Below, in pieces: positions 32,758 to 45,548 of a stretch of 64,000 bases of DNA. Under the pieces are notes generated by a model. It did not search any database. It was not told the DNA's origin and saw nothing but the letters and a program-made list of their open reading frames with translations. Where the stretch lies: assembly GCA_037447605.1 (NCBI GenBank), contig CM074822.1:1263492-1327491 (forward strand), read 5' to 3'. This DNA comes from Zygnema circumcarinatum SAG 698-1b. Taxonomy: Eukaryota; Plantae; Zygnematophyceae. Each line of letters starts with the position of its first letter. Within the stretch, counting starts at the first letter, position 1. Both the position numbers and the translations under genes were made by a program.

Positions 32758-35700
32758 ATGGGCCGGCAATGGGTCGGATGGGTCACGCTCGTCCTCCTCG
32801 TTGTGGGATGCTGCAAAGCGGAAGGTGAGGGGGGGGGAGGGGGGGAGGGCAGAAGGGGGAGGGGAGAGGGATAGGGTGGGAGGAGAGGGAGGGGAGGGAG
32901 GCAGGGGCGGACGGGGGGGGGAGGGGGCAGGAGGGAGGGGAGAGGGGTAAGGGGGGGAAGGAGGGGGGCAGGGGAGGTGGGGAGGGGAGGGCAGGGGGGG
33001 GAGGGGAGTAAGGAGAGGNNNNNNNNNNAGGGGGACGGGAGGGAGGGGTGGGGGACAAGGGAGGGCAGGGGGGGAAGGGGCAAGTGGGGTGGGGCAGGGC
33101 AGGGGGGGGGGACGGGAGGGAGGAAGGGGAGGGCGAGGGTTGGGAGGAGAGTGGCCGTGGGGGGAGGGTAGAGGGTGAGGGGAGGAGGGGAGGGGGAAGG
33201 CGGGGGGGGAGGGCAGGGGGGGGAGGGTGGGGAGGTAGGGAGGACAGGGGCGGAGAGGAGGGGGGAAGGGGAGGGCATGGGGGGGAGGACAAGGGGGGGA
33301 GGGGCCGTTGGGGGAGGGTAGAGGTTCAGGGAAGGTGGGGTGGGGAAGGCAGGGGGACAGGAAACGGGGGGGGGGGGCAAGGTGGGAAGGGCAGGTGGGG
33401 AGGGGAGGTAAGAGGGGGACGGCAAGGGGGAGAGGAGGGCAGGCGGGCAAGGGGGGAAGGAAAGGGGGAAGGGCAAGGGGGAGAGGACAAGGGCAAGGGG
33501 GGAGGGGCCAAGTGTTGGAACACGTGAGGGAGAGCAAAGTCAATGAGGAAAGGCACGGGAGGAGGACAATGGGGGGGAGGGCAGGGAGGGTGGCCAAGGG
33601 TGGAGTACAAGCGGGGAGGGCAAAGGTGAGGCAGGCGGGGGGGTTGGGCTGGGGTATGGGGGCGAGAGTAGGGCGGGAGGGCAGGGGGGGGGCGGGCAAG
33701 GAGGGAGGACGAGCGGAAGGTAGGCAAAGCGGGAGGGCAGGGGGTAGGACAAGGGGGGTAGCGGAGGCAAGGGGGTGAGGGCAAGGGGGGAGGGGGTTGG
33801 GAACACGGGTGGGGAAACGTAGTTTGGGAGGAAACAAGAGAGAATGGTGTAAAGAGGAGGAAGGTGTGATTTAGACTTGGGAACGAAAAGAAGAGAGCGG
33901 AGCAGTGAGAGAGAGAAAAACGAGTGGTTAAGATCAAAAGTGAGGAAAAGATGGATAGGGTGTGATTCAATGGAGAAGATGGAAAAAGTGAAAAGTTCGT
34001 TGGTATCGAAACGAAATAAGAAAGAGAGAACCGGGAAGATAAACCAAGAAAAGGATCAACGAGAAAGGAAAAATGGCGTCATGGGCGTAAGCGAATCAGG
34101 AGAAATGAAGGGTGAGACAAAAAAGGGCGGGATTTTGAGACGGAGTCAGCAAGAAAAATAGACTAAGAGAGCCATTGCAAAAGAAGACAATGAATTAAGG
34201 CAGTGTGGATTACAAGAGGTTGGACAGGAGAAGGTTGGTACTGTACAGTCGTTACATAAGCATCAGATTCAATGCGTGCGTGTTTATCATGTTTGAGGTG
34301 TATCTCCCCCAGTTTCTCCGTGTGTTTTTTTGTAATTGTTTTTCGACTAGGGATTGCAGACAATCTGGCACTCCGTAAGCCCGCAAGTCAAGAGAATACT
34401 TGGTGGTACTGGACCGCTGATAGGGCTGTGGACGGCTACAACGGCAATGGCAGAGCAGATGCTGGAGAAGATACATGCGCGAGCACATATCATGGAAGGT
34501 GGTGGAAGGTGGATTTACTTGGTATTGCAACGGTGGACAGCGTTGCACTGTATGGGAGGACAGATGTCGCCCAAGAACGGATGAATGGAGTGTCGGTGTG
34601 GATCGGTCCTAACAATGACGCGTGGAATGGAGAAGGGAACACAGAGTGCGACCCCACTAACGTGTTCGTGTTCAACCCCACAAACAATGGCTTCCCGTTC
34701 ATCAAGAAGTGTTCCTCTCTGGTCGGACGTTACGTTTGGGTGTTCGTTCTCGCCTACACTGACCTCACTCTATGCGAAGTAAAGGTTTATGGAACACTTC
34801 AAGGTATGTGTTGGATTGTTTCAGACGGATGCATTGAGGTTCTCCACTTTGCGTGTTTCTTTCGTTGATGCCGGTTATGACTTAGGTAAGTGCGCCTTTT
34901 TTTCATTGACCAATGCATTGTCCATCGGCTACTTTCTAAAATGGAAAGGATTCACTTCTTGAGACCTAGTTCTTCGTGTGCGGATTTGCAGCACTTGCTC
35001 CACCGCCGCCAAGCCCGCCATCTCCACCTTCACCTCCGAGCCCACCTCCACCACCACCACGACCTCCAAGGCCACCGCCATCACCTCCACCGAGAGGTGA
35101 GAGGACCAGATGAATTCGTTTGTAGCAATGTGTTCAATCAGGTTCAGGTGCGTTGTTCCAAAAGTGGTTCTATGCATGCCGCTTTATTCGACCACCTCCT
35201 TCAGACTTCGCGCCTCGGTTGTGTCTTTTGCTTCTGCGCGTTTTGTTAACAAGTTGAAATCTAATTTTCTTTTCCCACTCCTAAAGAAATCTAAATGTTA
35301 CATTCGTCGGTGGTCTACTGAAGTAATGTTTATCACTATTAAGTTTTGTTCCTGAATTCATGATCTATCAATTGAGATGATAGAGAATCGAAGACGTGGA
35401 TAAAGTTGTCCGGATGGTTAAGTGCGACTATTTCTTGTCGAGCAGTGGTTTTGTATTTGGATGAGTTATTTGAAGTTTTATGCATAGGAACGTGAATAAG
35501 TTTGTTTTTTGAATGAAAAATTGCATTTTTTTTTCACAGTAAGATGACCGTATACACTTCTGCTTGTTTCTATCTAATTGTTTTCCAATTGGAGATTGCA
35601 GAGAATCTGGCTCTTCGTAAGCCCGCATCTCAGGCAAGCACCTACTATTATATGACTGCTGATCAGGCTGTGGACGGCTATAACGGAAATGGCAAAATAA

Positions 35701-38700
35701 GTTATGGACAAGATAAATGCGCGAGCACTACCGATGCTATTCGGAAACCAATGTGGTGGAAGGTGGATTTACTTGGTATTGCAACGGTGGACAGCGTTGC
35801 ACTGTATGGGAGGACAGATTACAACCAAGACAAGTTGAATGGAGTCCAGGTGTGGATCGGTCCTAACAGTGAAGTGTGGAATGAAGAAGGGAACACAGAG
35901 TGCGACCCCACTAACGTCTTTGTGTACGGCCCCAAAAGCAATGGCTTCCCGTTCGTCAAGAAGTGTTCCTTTTTGGTCGGACGTTACGTTTGGGTGTACC
36001 TTCCAACCTTCAATTCCCTCACTCTATGCGAAGTAAAGGTTTATGGAACACTTCAAGGTATGTCTTGGATTGTTTCAGACGGATGCATTCAGGATTTCCT
36101 CGTTGTGTGTTTCTTTCGTTGATGCCGGTTATGACTTAGATAAGGGTGGCTTTTTTTCTTTGACCAATGCATTGTCGCTCGACTACTCTCTAAACCGGAT
36201 AGGAACCACGTCTTGATACCTAGTTCTTCGTGTGCGGCTGTGCAGCACCACCTCCACCACCTCCAAGGCCACCATCTCCACCACCACCTCCAAGCCCACC
36301 GCCACCACCTCCATCTCCACCTCCACCTCCGAGCCCACCGCCATCACCACCACCATCTCCAAGGCCACCGCCATCACCTCCGAGCCCTCCAGAGAGTGGT
36401 GAGAGAGTAAAACCCTAAAAACCCTTAAAACCCTAAAAACCCTACAAAGGACGATATGACTCCGTTTGTAGCAATCTCGGTTGTGTCTTTTCCTATGGAG
36501 CGATTCCTTATCAAGGTGAAATTTAAATTTCTTATCAAACTCCGAAATAAATCTGGTGAGGGTACATTCGTCGGAGTTCTAGCGAAGTCATGTTCATCCT
36601 TATTAGTTTGTTCTCCAAATTTCATTCTCGGTCAATGACGATGATTGAAAATCGAAGAGGCGGATGAAGATGTTTGTTTGGTTAAGTCTGAATATTTCTT
36701 GTCGAGTAGTGGTTTTGTATTCGGATGAGTTACACTTTGTTGTTAGGAATGTCATTATCTTATTTTTGTGGATGAAAATTTGCATTCGTCAGTATGTTTC
36801 ACAATATGGTGATCGCATATATACTTCTGCTTGATGGTATCTGATTGCTTTTCAACTGGAGATTGCAGGCAATCTGGCACTACTTAAGCCCGCATTTCAG
36901 GAGGACGATTATTACGATTGCTATTGCGAAGGACTGGGGTCGGGGAGCTACTTGGACGCTGATAGGGCTGTGGACGGCGACGCCAATGGCAATCTTTTTT
37001 GGGGAAAGTGTTCAAGCACAGATTATGGGCAGTGGTGGGGGGTGGATTTACTTAGTAGTGCAGTTGTGGACAATGTTGCACTGTATGGGAAAACAGGCTA
37101 CGCCGAAGCGTTGAATGGAGTGCAAGTGTGGATCGGGTCTGACAATATCGCGTGGAACGGAACAGGGAACACAGAGTGCGACCCCACTAATGTTTTTGTG
37201 TACAGCTACCCCGACGGCTACCCGATCTTAAAGAGGTGTTCCTCGCTGGTTGGACGTTACGTTTGGGTGTACCTTCCACGTCCTAGACTTACTCTCTGCG
37301 AAGTAAAGGTTTTTGGAACATATTTAGGTATGTCTTGGATTAACCCAGACGGATGAATTTATGAACTCCTCGTTGCACGTTCCTATTTTTAAGCCGGTTA
37401 TGACTTAGACTAAGTCATAGACATAGACCCACTTCAGTTGCAGCTTTCTTCCATGCTGAATGTGGAATCGGCCCCCTTTGATTATTTTCGCGTCTGCTCG
37501 TTGTGAAACTGATTTGAGAGAGGTTGGTCCTTTTCGAGCAACGAGTGTTGGCTGGGATTGAGAGACAGAGGGAGAGGCGGAACAAGCGGGAGAAAGAGTG
37601 AAAGATAAAGAGGAGAAGAGAGTAGAGGAAAGGATAGATTTAGAGAGGAGGGGGGAAGGGAGGGTTGGAGAGAGAGCAAGCACCTATGCATCCAAGGAGA
37701 GCGTCCAAGAGGACGATTGAAAGGAGAGCAAACTAAATACCTCGAATATAAAGGCAGAGAGGTTGATGACAGGAGAAAAGAATTTTGAGCATTTTCGCCA
37801 GCGATGGGGATGGAAATTCTCGTTTCTTTTGTCCGTCGAACACAGGATCGTACGTTTTTGGGGTTTTGCAGATTATTGCAGGTTTTACCTTGCTCAATTA
37901 AAATTCTTGTCGATCAACTACTCTCTTAGACGGATAGGAGCCACGTCTTGATACCATGTTCTTCGTGTGCGGCTGTGCAGCGCTTGGTCCACCTCCGCCA
38001 AGCCCACCGCCGCCACCTCCAAGCCCGCCCTCTCCACCTCCACCTCCGAGCCCACCTCCAAGCCCACCGCCACCACCTCCACCTCCAAGCCCACCGCCTG
38101 GAATTCTGAGAGGTGAAACGAGATGACTTCATTTGTAGCAATGTGTTCAATGAGGGTAAAGGAATACTGAGAGGTGAGAGGACGAGATGAGGTCATTTGA
38201 AGCAATGTATTCAATCGGGGTCAGATGCGTTGTTCCAAAAGGGGTTCTATGCATGCCGCGCTATACGACCTTCAAACCTTGCACCTCGGTTGTGTCTTTT
38301 TTCCTTTTGAGTGATTCCTTATCAAGTTGAAGTATAATTTTCTTATCTCCCTCCTGAAGAAATCTAAAGGTTACGTTCGTCGGTCTTCTAGCGAAATCAT
38401 GTTTATCTTTATTAAGTTGTGCTCCAGATTTCATGCTCAGTCAATGACGATGATTGAGAATCGAAGAGGCGGATGAAGATGTTTGGATGGTTAAGTCTGA
38501 CTATTTTTTTTCTAGGAGTGGTTGTGCAGTTGGATGAGTTACACTTCTATGTATAGGAATGTCGTTATCTTGTTTTTTGTGAATGAAAAATTGCAATTAT
38601 GTTTCACCATAAGGTTACTTCATTTACATTTTGCTTCTGTTTGTTTGTATGTAATTTTTCCAACTGGTGATCGCAGACAATCTTGCTCTCTATATGCCCG

Positions 38701-40291
38701 CATTTCAGTCGAGCACTGCAGACTACTGGAATGCTAATAGGGCTGTGGACGGCTACAACGGCAATGGCAGATTTGGTGCTGGAGAAGATACATGCTCGAG
38801 CACTGACGTTGGGCCACCAAATTGGTGGTATTTGGACCTCCGTCATAATGCAACGGTGAACACTGTTTTGTTGTATGGGAGAACAGATCGCCGTCAAGAA
38901 CGGTTGAATGGAGTGCAGGTGTGGATCGGTCCTAGCAATTACAGGTGGAATAGATCAGGGAACACAGAGTGCGACCCCACTAATGTTTTTGTGTACGGCC
39001 CCACAAGCGATGGCTTCCCCTTCGTAAAGAGTTGTTCCTACCTTGTCGGACGTTACGTTTGGGTGTACCTTCCAACCTACACTTTCCTCACTCTATGCGA
39101 AGTGAAGGTTTATGGAGCATTTCTAGGTATGTTCTGGATTGTTTCAGACGAATTCATTCAGGAACTCCTCGGTGCACGGTTTCTTGATGCCGGTTATGAC
39201 TTCGATTTGTGCGATTTTGTGCTGAATCGACCATTTTTTCTGTGTGCCTGCCTGCTTTCAACGGATGTGAGGGAGCTTGTTCTTTTCAAGCAAATGCAAC
39301 GTTTTTCCTCACGCGGATGTGTTGGATGCTCAAAGCGCGCGTTTCCAAAATTTCCCAAGAATTGGGACAGTTTGTGCTCGGTAGCTCGAACCTTTGGCGA
39401 TGCATCAGTGTGGTTAAGCGTGGTTGCAGGTCTCATATGTTATTTTTGCAAAACTATGGCACCTTATGCGGACCCAATCTTTTTCCTGCACTGCATGTTG
39501 ATTTGAGTTTTACCGTTTCTCTGTGGTGTTCAGCAAGTAGCACCCCAGCCAGTTTCTCCTACCCGACCTTTACCTTTTCAAGTGAAATACTTCGTCGATA
39601 TTCAGCAAAGATCGTTCCGTGGAAATTGCAACTAACAAGAGACGATAAGAGTCTTACTGGAATTGGACTCTATCAAAGTCCAATCGAACTTCTACGAGAC
39701 AATGCGACTGGGGGATGCCAAGAGGCTTCATTCAGCACGAATTTCACCTTTAAAATTTCCAGCAGCAATGCACGGACCGGCGATGGGTTCACATTTTTCC
39801 TTCTTACGTCAAATGCAGTGCTGGGTTATTTCGGTCGATCAAATGGTGGAAATCTTGGATACACGTACAACTCTACATTAAGAAATTCAGTGGGGAGTGC
39901 AGCAATTACGTTTGATACCTATCAAAACGTCGATCTTGGAGAGCCTGCCAGCCGTTTCGTGGGCGTGCGTGAAAACTTTAAGAGAACCGCCAAGCTTCAA
40001 ACCACAACTCGTCTCGATAATCTTACCTCTGAGAAGTATGCTTGGATTGACTACGACGGCGCCTTGAAACTATGGAGCGTGTACCTCGGTGGCCCCTTAG
40101 GTATCAAACCCGCGAACCCGCTGCTGACGCACTCGGCGGCGCTTTGCAGCGTGTTGCGGCCAATCACGTGTGCCGCATGTGCGGGGCTGACGACTGCTTA
40201 CGTCGGCTTCAGCGCCGCGACCGGGGGCGCGACAGCACAGCACGAGATATTGAGTTGGGACTTTGAGAGCACTTGGCCTAGCACAGCCTAA
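32758..40291 (+). CDS. Secreted mosaic lectin, 1007 aa: signal peptide - FTL1 - Pro/Ser linker - FTL2 - linker - FTL3 - linker - FTL4 - legume (L-type) lectin. Exons 32758-32824, 34360-34803, 34992-35096, 35602-36057, 36246-36398, 36869-37327, 37981-38112, 38677-39126, 39534-40291
   Basis: All introns are GT-AG and phase 1, and the exons total 3024 nt in one frame. F-type lectin signature NLAL.KPA.Q...A..AVDG...WW.VDL...V.LYGRTD...C...GRYV.V...L.LCEVKV occurs four times. SPPPP-type linkers. L-lectin motifs FSTNFTF, GDGFTF, ITFDTYQN, AWIDYDG, YVGFSAATG, HEILSWDF. The first exon (MGRQWVGWVTLVLLVVGCCKAE) is less certain than the rest. Confidence 0.88.
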
Positions 40292-41866
40292 GGAAGGGAT
40301 TGGAGGAGATCAGGCGGCCACGTGGCAGATCTTACGGCGTGAAATGGTTGTCTTGTCCTTAGGAGGTGGCCAGGTGCAGATCGAACGGCGTGAAATGGTT
40401 GTTTTTATATATAAGAGGCGGCCATGTGGAAGATCGAACGGCGTAGAATGGTTGCCTAGTGTTGTGCATGTTGGCAGCAAGTGGGAGTACTGGAGGCTGC
40501 CAATTGGTGGGTGGTTATTGGCTGCCTTCGAATGTGAGGGGCAGGCAGTCAGAGACTCTAATGGGGAGGTGGTAGAGCTAGAGGGGAATGTGAGCTTTTG
40601 AGATGCTGGAAGAGGGGGAGAGAGAGAGTTGGAGGGTGCTGTATAGGCCTGATATGATGGGTGATAGCAGGTTTTGTACTTTGTGTTGTGTGGGGGAGAA
40701 AATTTTGTAGCGAAAATTGAGCAGTAATGGTTGTGTTGTGCGGTGTGAGTGAAGGGCCTGTGCTTCGATTGAATTATCGGGTATTTAATTATTAGTTATT
40801 ACATGTAGAATGTGACCTGTGAGTCTAGACCGGATGCAGTCCCCATCAGCATCCGCTTCTCCTTCTCGAGCGCTTCCCTCTCTGCTCGAAGCCGGGACCT
40901 CCTGCTTCAAGATCTCCGCCTGCAGCACTGGAGGGAGCTCAGAAGTTTAAGGTTCCAATCTTTTAGGGTATCACTTTATGCGTCTCTGACTCTCTCTCTC
41001 CCTCCTGCTTTCCCTATCCACTTCTCCCTCTCCCTCTCCCTCTCCCTCTCCCTCTCCCTCTCCTCCTCCCTCTCCCTCTCCCCTTCCCTCTCCCTCTCCC
41101 TCTCCCTCTCCCTCTCCCTCCCTCTCCCTCTCCCTCTCCCTCTCCCTCTCCCTCTCCTCTCCCTCTCCCTCCCTCTCCTCTCCCTCTCCTCTCCTCTCCC
41201 TCTCCCTCCCCTCTCCTCTCCCTCTCCCTCTCCCTCTCCCTCTCCCTCTTCCTCTTACTCTGCCTTATATCCACCACAATGTCTAATGATAACTAGAAAA
41301 AAGACTTGCTGAAAAGACCCGAGCGGGGGAGGATCCAAGCGTTGCAGGGAGATCCACCAGCCCCCCAGAACCCTTTGTTAGTTTCAGTACAGCTGCCCGC
41401 GTCAGCGTACAGCATCTACAGATAGACCAGCACTTACCTACCCATCACTGAGATCAATGATATTCGATGGAGGGATAATAGCATTGATCTCACGATGGCA
41501 AAGCCATCAATTGTACAGGGATAAAATCATGGGGAACCAATAGAATCGTTCACAAAGGACCTAAAAACAAAAAGAAAGAGCTAATAACCGGAAAGCGACT
41601 TCTAGGCCCAACAACACGGCGCTAGAACATTGTTCGGCACGTCACGCGAGGGAGGGGGTGGAAGACCGCCGGGCCGGGCTCCAACAACCGCGGCACGCCG
41701 AACTTACCGCGGCACTTACCTACCCATCACTTTGATTTTTTTTTTTTTTTTTTTCTTTGATTGCGCTTAAAAGTTGGCGTAGCCTAATTTTGAGACAATA
41801 CGACCGTATGACCGTACATATACGGTCGTACGAATGTTCATTTAAAACGGTTGTAGGGTATTTTAA

Positions 41867-42810
41867 GGGTAGTGATATTTCCACCCCTTTTTTGGATCCA
41901 AACACCCCTTCCCGGCCGGGCAGATGTCAAAAAGGATTAAAAGCGGAAAATGGCTTTTTCACACCTTTTTGGAATCGATACCACCCTCCATCGGCAGATT
42001 TATTGCTGCGAAACAAGGAAAATGATAACCCATCACCCCATTTGAATATCCCGCTTACCTGATTTTTTTTTCACGCGTGCGGTCAATCGCAGCCGTCGAT
42101 TCCCTCGCAGATCGCAACACGGCAGATTACTATTTGATCGGCAGCCGGGCTCGGTCACAGCGCGGGGCACCTGCCCACGTATCCCGCCAAAGTCGTCTCA
42201 AAAGTTTGTCCGTACAAATGGCGTACGATCGCAATGTGAGGAACCCAAAATTTTGTACATTGAGATCTTGAACCAATCATAATTTTCCACGTCAAAAATG
42301 AAACACGTGGCAGATGTTGATTGGCTGCGAGCTAAAATTGACGAGATCTCGGGCCGAGGGACGCGCGCACTCGCACTTGCGATTTGGCTTTGACGGGACT
42401 CGTGGGCGCTTTCCATTCGCTAAGATCGAGCCCGGCTGCAGATCGAACGGTGATTTGCAGTGGTGCGATCTGCGAGGGAATCGACAGCTGCGATTGACAC
42501 ACACGTGTGAAGGACGGACACCCGCGAACGATCTTGTGGCGGACGGATCTTCCGCTCCGAGCGGATTCGGGCAGGCAGATAATTCTTTCCCTCAAAAAAA
42601 AAATTCAGGGAGGCGGGATACAGTATTCAAAATGCGGTGACGTGGTATCATTTTCCTTGGTTAGCAAAAATAAAATCAGCCGACGGAAGAAGGTAGGTAT
42701 CGATTCCAAAAAGGTGTGAAAAAGCATTTTCTGTTTTTAATCCCTTCTGAAATCTGCCCGGCCGGGAAGGGGTGTTTGGATCCAAAAAAGGGGTGGAAAT
42801 ATCACTACCC
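41867..42810. mobile_element. 944-bp non-autonomous Mutator-like (MULE/MITE) element with about 200-bp TIRs
   Basis: GGGTAGTGATATTTCCACCCC... at the left end and its reverse complement ending at 42810; TSD TATTTTAA at 41859-41866 and 42811-42818. Confidence 0.85.
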
Positions 42811-43389
42811 TATTTTAAAAGAGTTTTAAAACTCTGAGAGGGTGGGGTTCCATCAGGGTGTTTTTGGGTCGTTTTGGGCGTTTTGCGGGTTACTGTACTA
42901 CGGTAGTGCGTGAAGGGCTCGTTCGGTACGCCGGTACATGGAGAATCTCCAATGGCGAGTACACGTGGCGCGTCGCCATTGGAAGTTTATTAACGACGTT
43001 TAAGAATTTCTGTTCACATGGTAACCAATAGAATATGAGAGAGATCAATGCGATCCTTCCTTTAATAGATATATGTGAACGGCTCGAAGGGGGATTGATG
43101 TGGTATTGATCTCACGATGGCGAGGCCATCAAATGTACAGGGGGAAAATAATAAGTAATCGATTCACTATATGTACACGTGGTGGCTCGAAGATTTTCCA
43201 CGTGTCGCCATTTGCTTGGTCCACGTCACTTCCTTCATTGAACGTGGAGCCTTCTCTGGCTGCCATGTGTCCTATCCCATCAGACTGCAGGACCTCCCTT
43301 CCCTCGCCCACACCAGCTCCAACGTCCAAACTTTGAAGACTCACCCCTCCCTCTCTCTCTCTCTCTCGCTCTCTCTCGCGTCTCCCGCC

Positions 43390-45039
43390 ATGGCGCCACG
43401 CCTTCTCTCACTCCGGAGAATCTTCCCGCAGCCAGCCATGGCTGCCACGTGGCAGCGCCTCTTTCCAGAGGAAGCGGTAGCAGCACAGCGGAGCCTCCAC
43501 AGCGCTGCCAGCCTCGGAAGCGGCAGCTTCCGGGAATCTTCTAGGAGGCCAGCCCCAGATTTTTATTACAGAGAGTAAGCTTAAAACCCGTTCGCCCTTT
43601 CCTTTTCTCTTGTTTTCATATGCATGTGATTTTGCTTGATCAATAATACAAAATTTTGTTTCTTTTAAGAATAAAATTCCGTAGTTTTTTTTTTCAGATT
43701 GCAAAATTTTTCTGCTTATTGAGGATTTGCGTTATATTGCATTGCATGGGATGGGCGCTCCAGAGTAGGAACATTCAGTACCAATATTTGTTCAAATGAG
43801 ACGGCTTCTGGAGCTACAAGCACTTCAAATTTTGAAGCGGAAAATCGACGGAAGACGCTGAACAGGTGTGATCATAGAACCTGTTACGCCCTGAACCCTG
43901 AACTCGGATCAGAGGCAGAGGCTTTGGACTTTGAAACTCTCAATCTTAACACCCCTCAATCTTCTGAAGCTTGTCAACTGCAGATTTGACTTCCTCAACC
44001 TGAGAACACCCTATCATTGCAAACCCTAATCGAGTATACATTTTAACTTTTGTGCAGTGGTTAACCATGGTTAACCAACATTTGACTGCCCTCAGGAATG
44101 AGTTTTCAAGGCTTTCCAAACCCTATCCCTATTTTTTTCCGTTCCAAGCACACATTCAGCCCTAACGAAAGGCTGTTGAGATAAGCAAAGGGCTTGGAGA
44201 AGTCAGCATTAAATATTTGTTTTCCCCTTCGTTTTTCTTCTGTTGCCCTTTCGCAAAACAGAATTTTGTATCGAAGCCGTCAACGTGGGTACTTGGAGTT
44301 GGACCTTCTCCTTGGAAAGTGGGCAGATGAAAATATTACAAAACTGGACCCTCACATGATGAATGCGCTTGTGGTACTTTTGGAAGAGGTAAGTTAAACT
44401 GTAATTTCGGTTCACCTTTTTGCTGTCCTTATTTGAATGAAGTATCAAAAAAATTTCCCTCTTCTCTCTCTCTCTCCCCCCCTCTCCCCCTCACCCCCCT
44501 CTCTCTCTCTCTCGTTGCAGTGGGTGCGTTCTTTCTTAACTGAACTAATGCCTTTGTACAGAGAAAGGCTGAGTGTGCTTGTGCTCCACGTCATATATCG
44601 ACTGAATTTGAACTGAACGGAACGGAGGTTCTATGTGGATGCAGGAAAATCCGGATCTTTGGAAATGGCTGACAGGCCAAGGGGAGGCTCCTCCAGAGAC
44701 GGCGTCCAATCCGGTGCTGCCACCTGACCTCCGTGCTGCCTCCATGTTCCATGTTTCTCCAGTTTCCATCTCCTTCTCGAATTTTTCCTTTACATTTCCA
44801 ATTTTTGCGATGGAAATTAGTAACCCACACTCCCATTTTTCTCTTTTTTTTTTTGCTATTTTATCATTCGTATTATTTTTACTTTTCAGGTGTTTGTGGC
44901 GCTGCATAAACAGATTATGAACAGTCTGGCAATGCATTCGGACCCCCAAACGAGGGCGAGTCCGGGGTCTGCGTGGGTGAGGGGATGGGAGGACCGTGAC
45001 AGGAGGATGCCAGGTGTCACGCCCACAGGAAACCAATGA
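43390..45039 (+). CDS. SDHAF2: Succinate dehydrogenase assembly factor 2 (Sdh5 flavinylation factor), mitochondrial. Exons 43390-43574, about 43764-43865, 44262-44388, 44645-44713, 44890-45039
   Basis: RRKTLNR-ILYRSRQRGYLELDLLLGKWA...LEE-ENPDLWKWLTGQ...NP-VF..LH...WVRGW...GNQ* matches the plant SDHAF2 pattern, and the N-terminus looks like a transit peptide. The exon 2 acceptor is uncertain (43764 or 43779). Confidence 0.92.
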
Positions 45040-45548
45040 GAGGAGAGGGGATGGAGGCTGATCAGTGGTGGCGACAACATGCACGGAAAATGTGAAAATG
45101 TGAGGGAAGAAGGAAGATGGGGTGGTGTTGGGAAAGATGTGGAGGAAGGAAAGCATGGGGAAGAGTGTTTTTCAGGCTCCCCTTATATGTGAACTCTAAT
45201 ATTGTTGTTCATGTTGTTCACGCTCATGTTCATGCTGTTGTTGTACAACCTTTGTGCATGTGCATGTACTAATGATTGACCACCACGTGTGATGAGAACA
45301 CGGGCGTTTAAACTGAACGGCGCTCCATGTGCTCACATCGGATACGGTACAGTTGCAACAGAGTGCATGGCCGTCCTTCGCTTGTGTCCCTCCGTGGCGA
45401 GGGGTTCGCATGTTTCGCATTGTTCTCTTCTCCATGTTGTTGTGGAACATGTTGTTGTACCTTTCATAAAATGGTCATCATGAGATCATTGTAAATTGAT
45501 CCCCTCATTCTTTATATCCAAACAGATTCGCTTTCCATGTAAAACCTT

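Noticed and set aside
32719-33970. Long Pro-rich or Gly-rich ORFs (e.g. 372 aa at 32719-33837)
   Set aside because: They are translations of a G-rich low-complexity intron of the lectin gene, open in several frames, with an N gap.
43698-43763. Strong polypyrimidine acceptor at 43697 as the SDHAF2 exon 2 start
   Set aside because: It introduces an in-frame TGA at 43720-43722, so a downstream acceptor was used instead.
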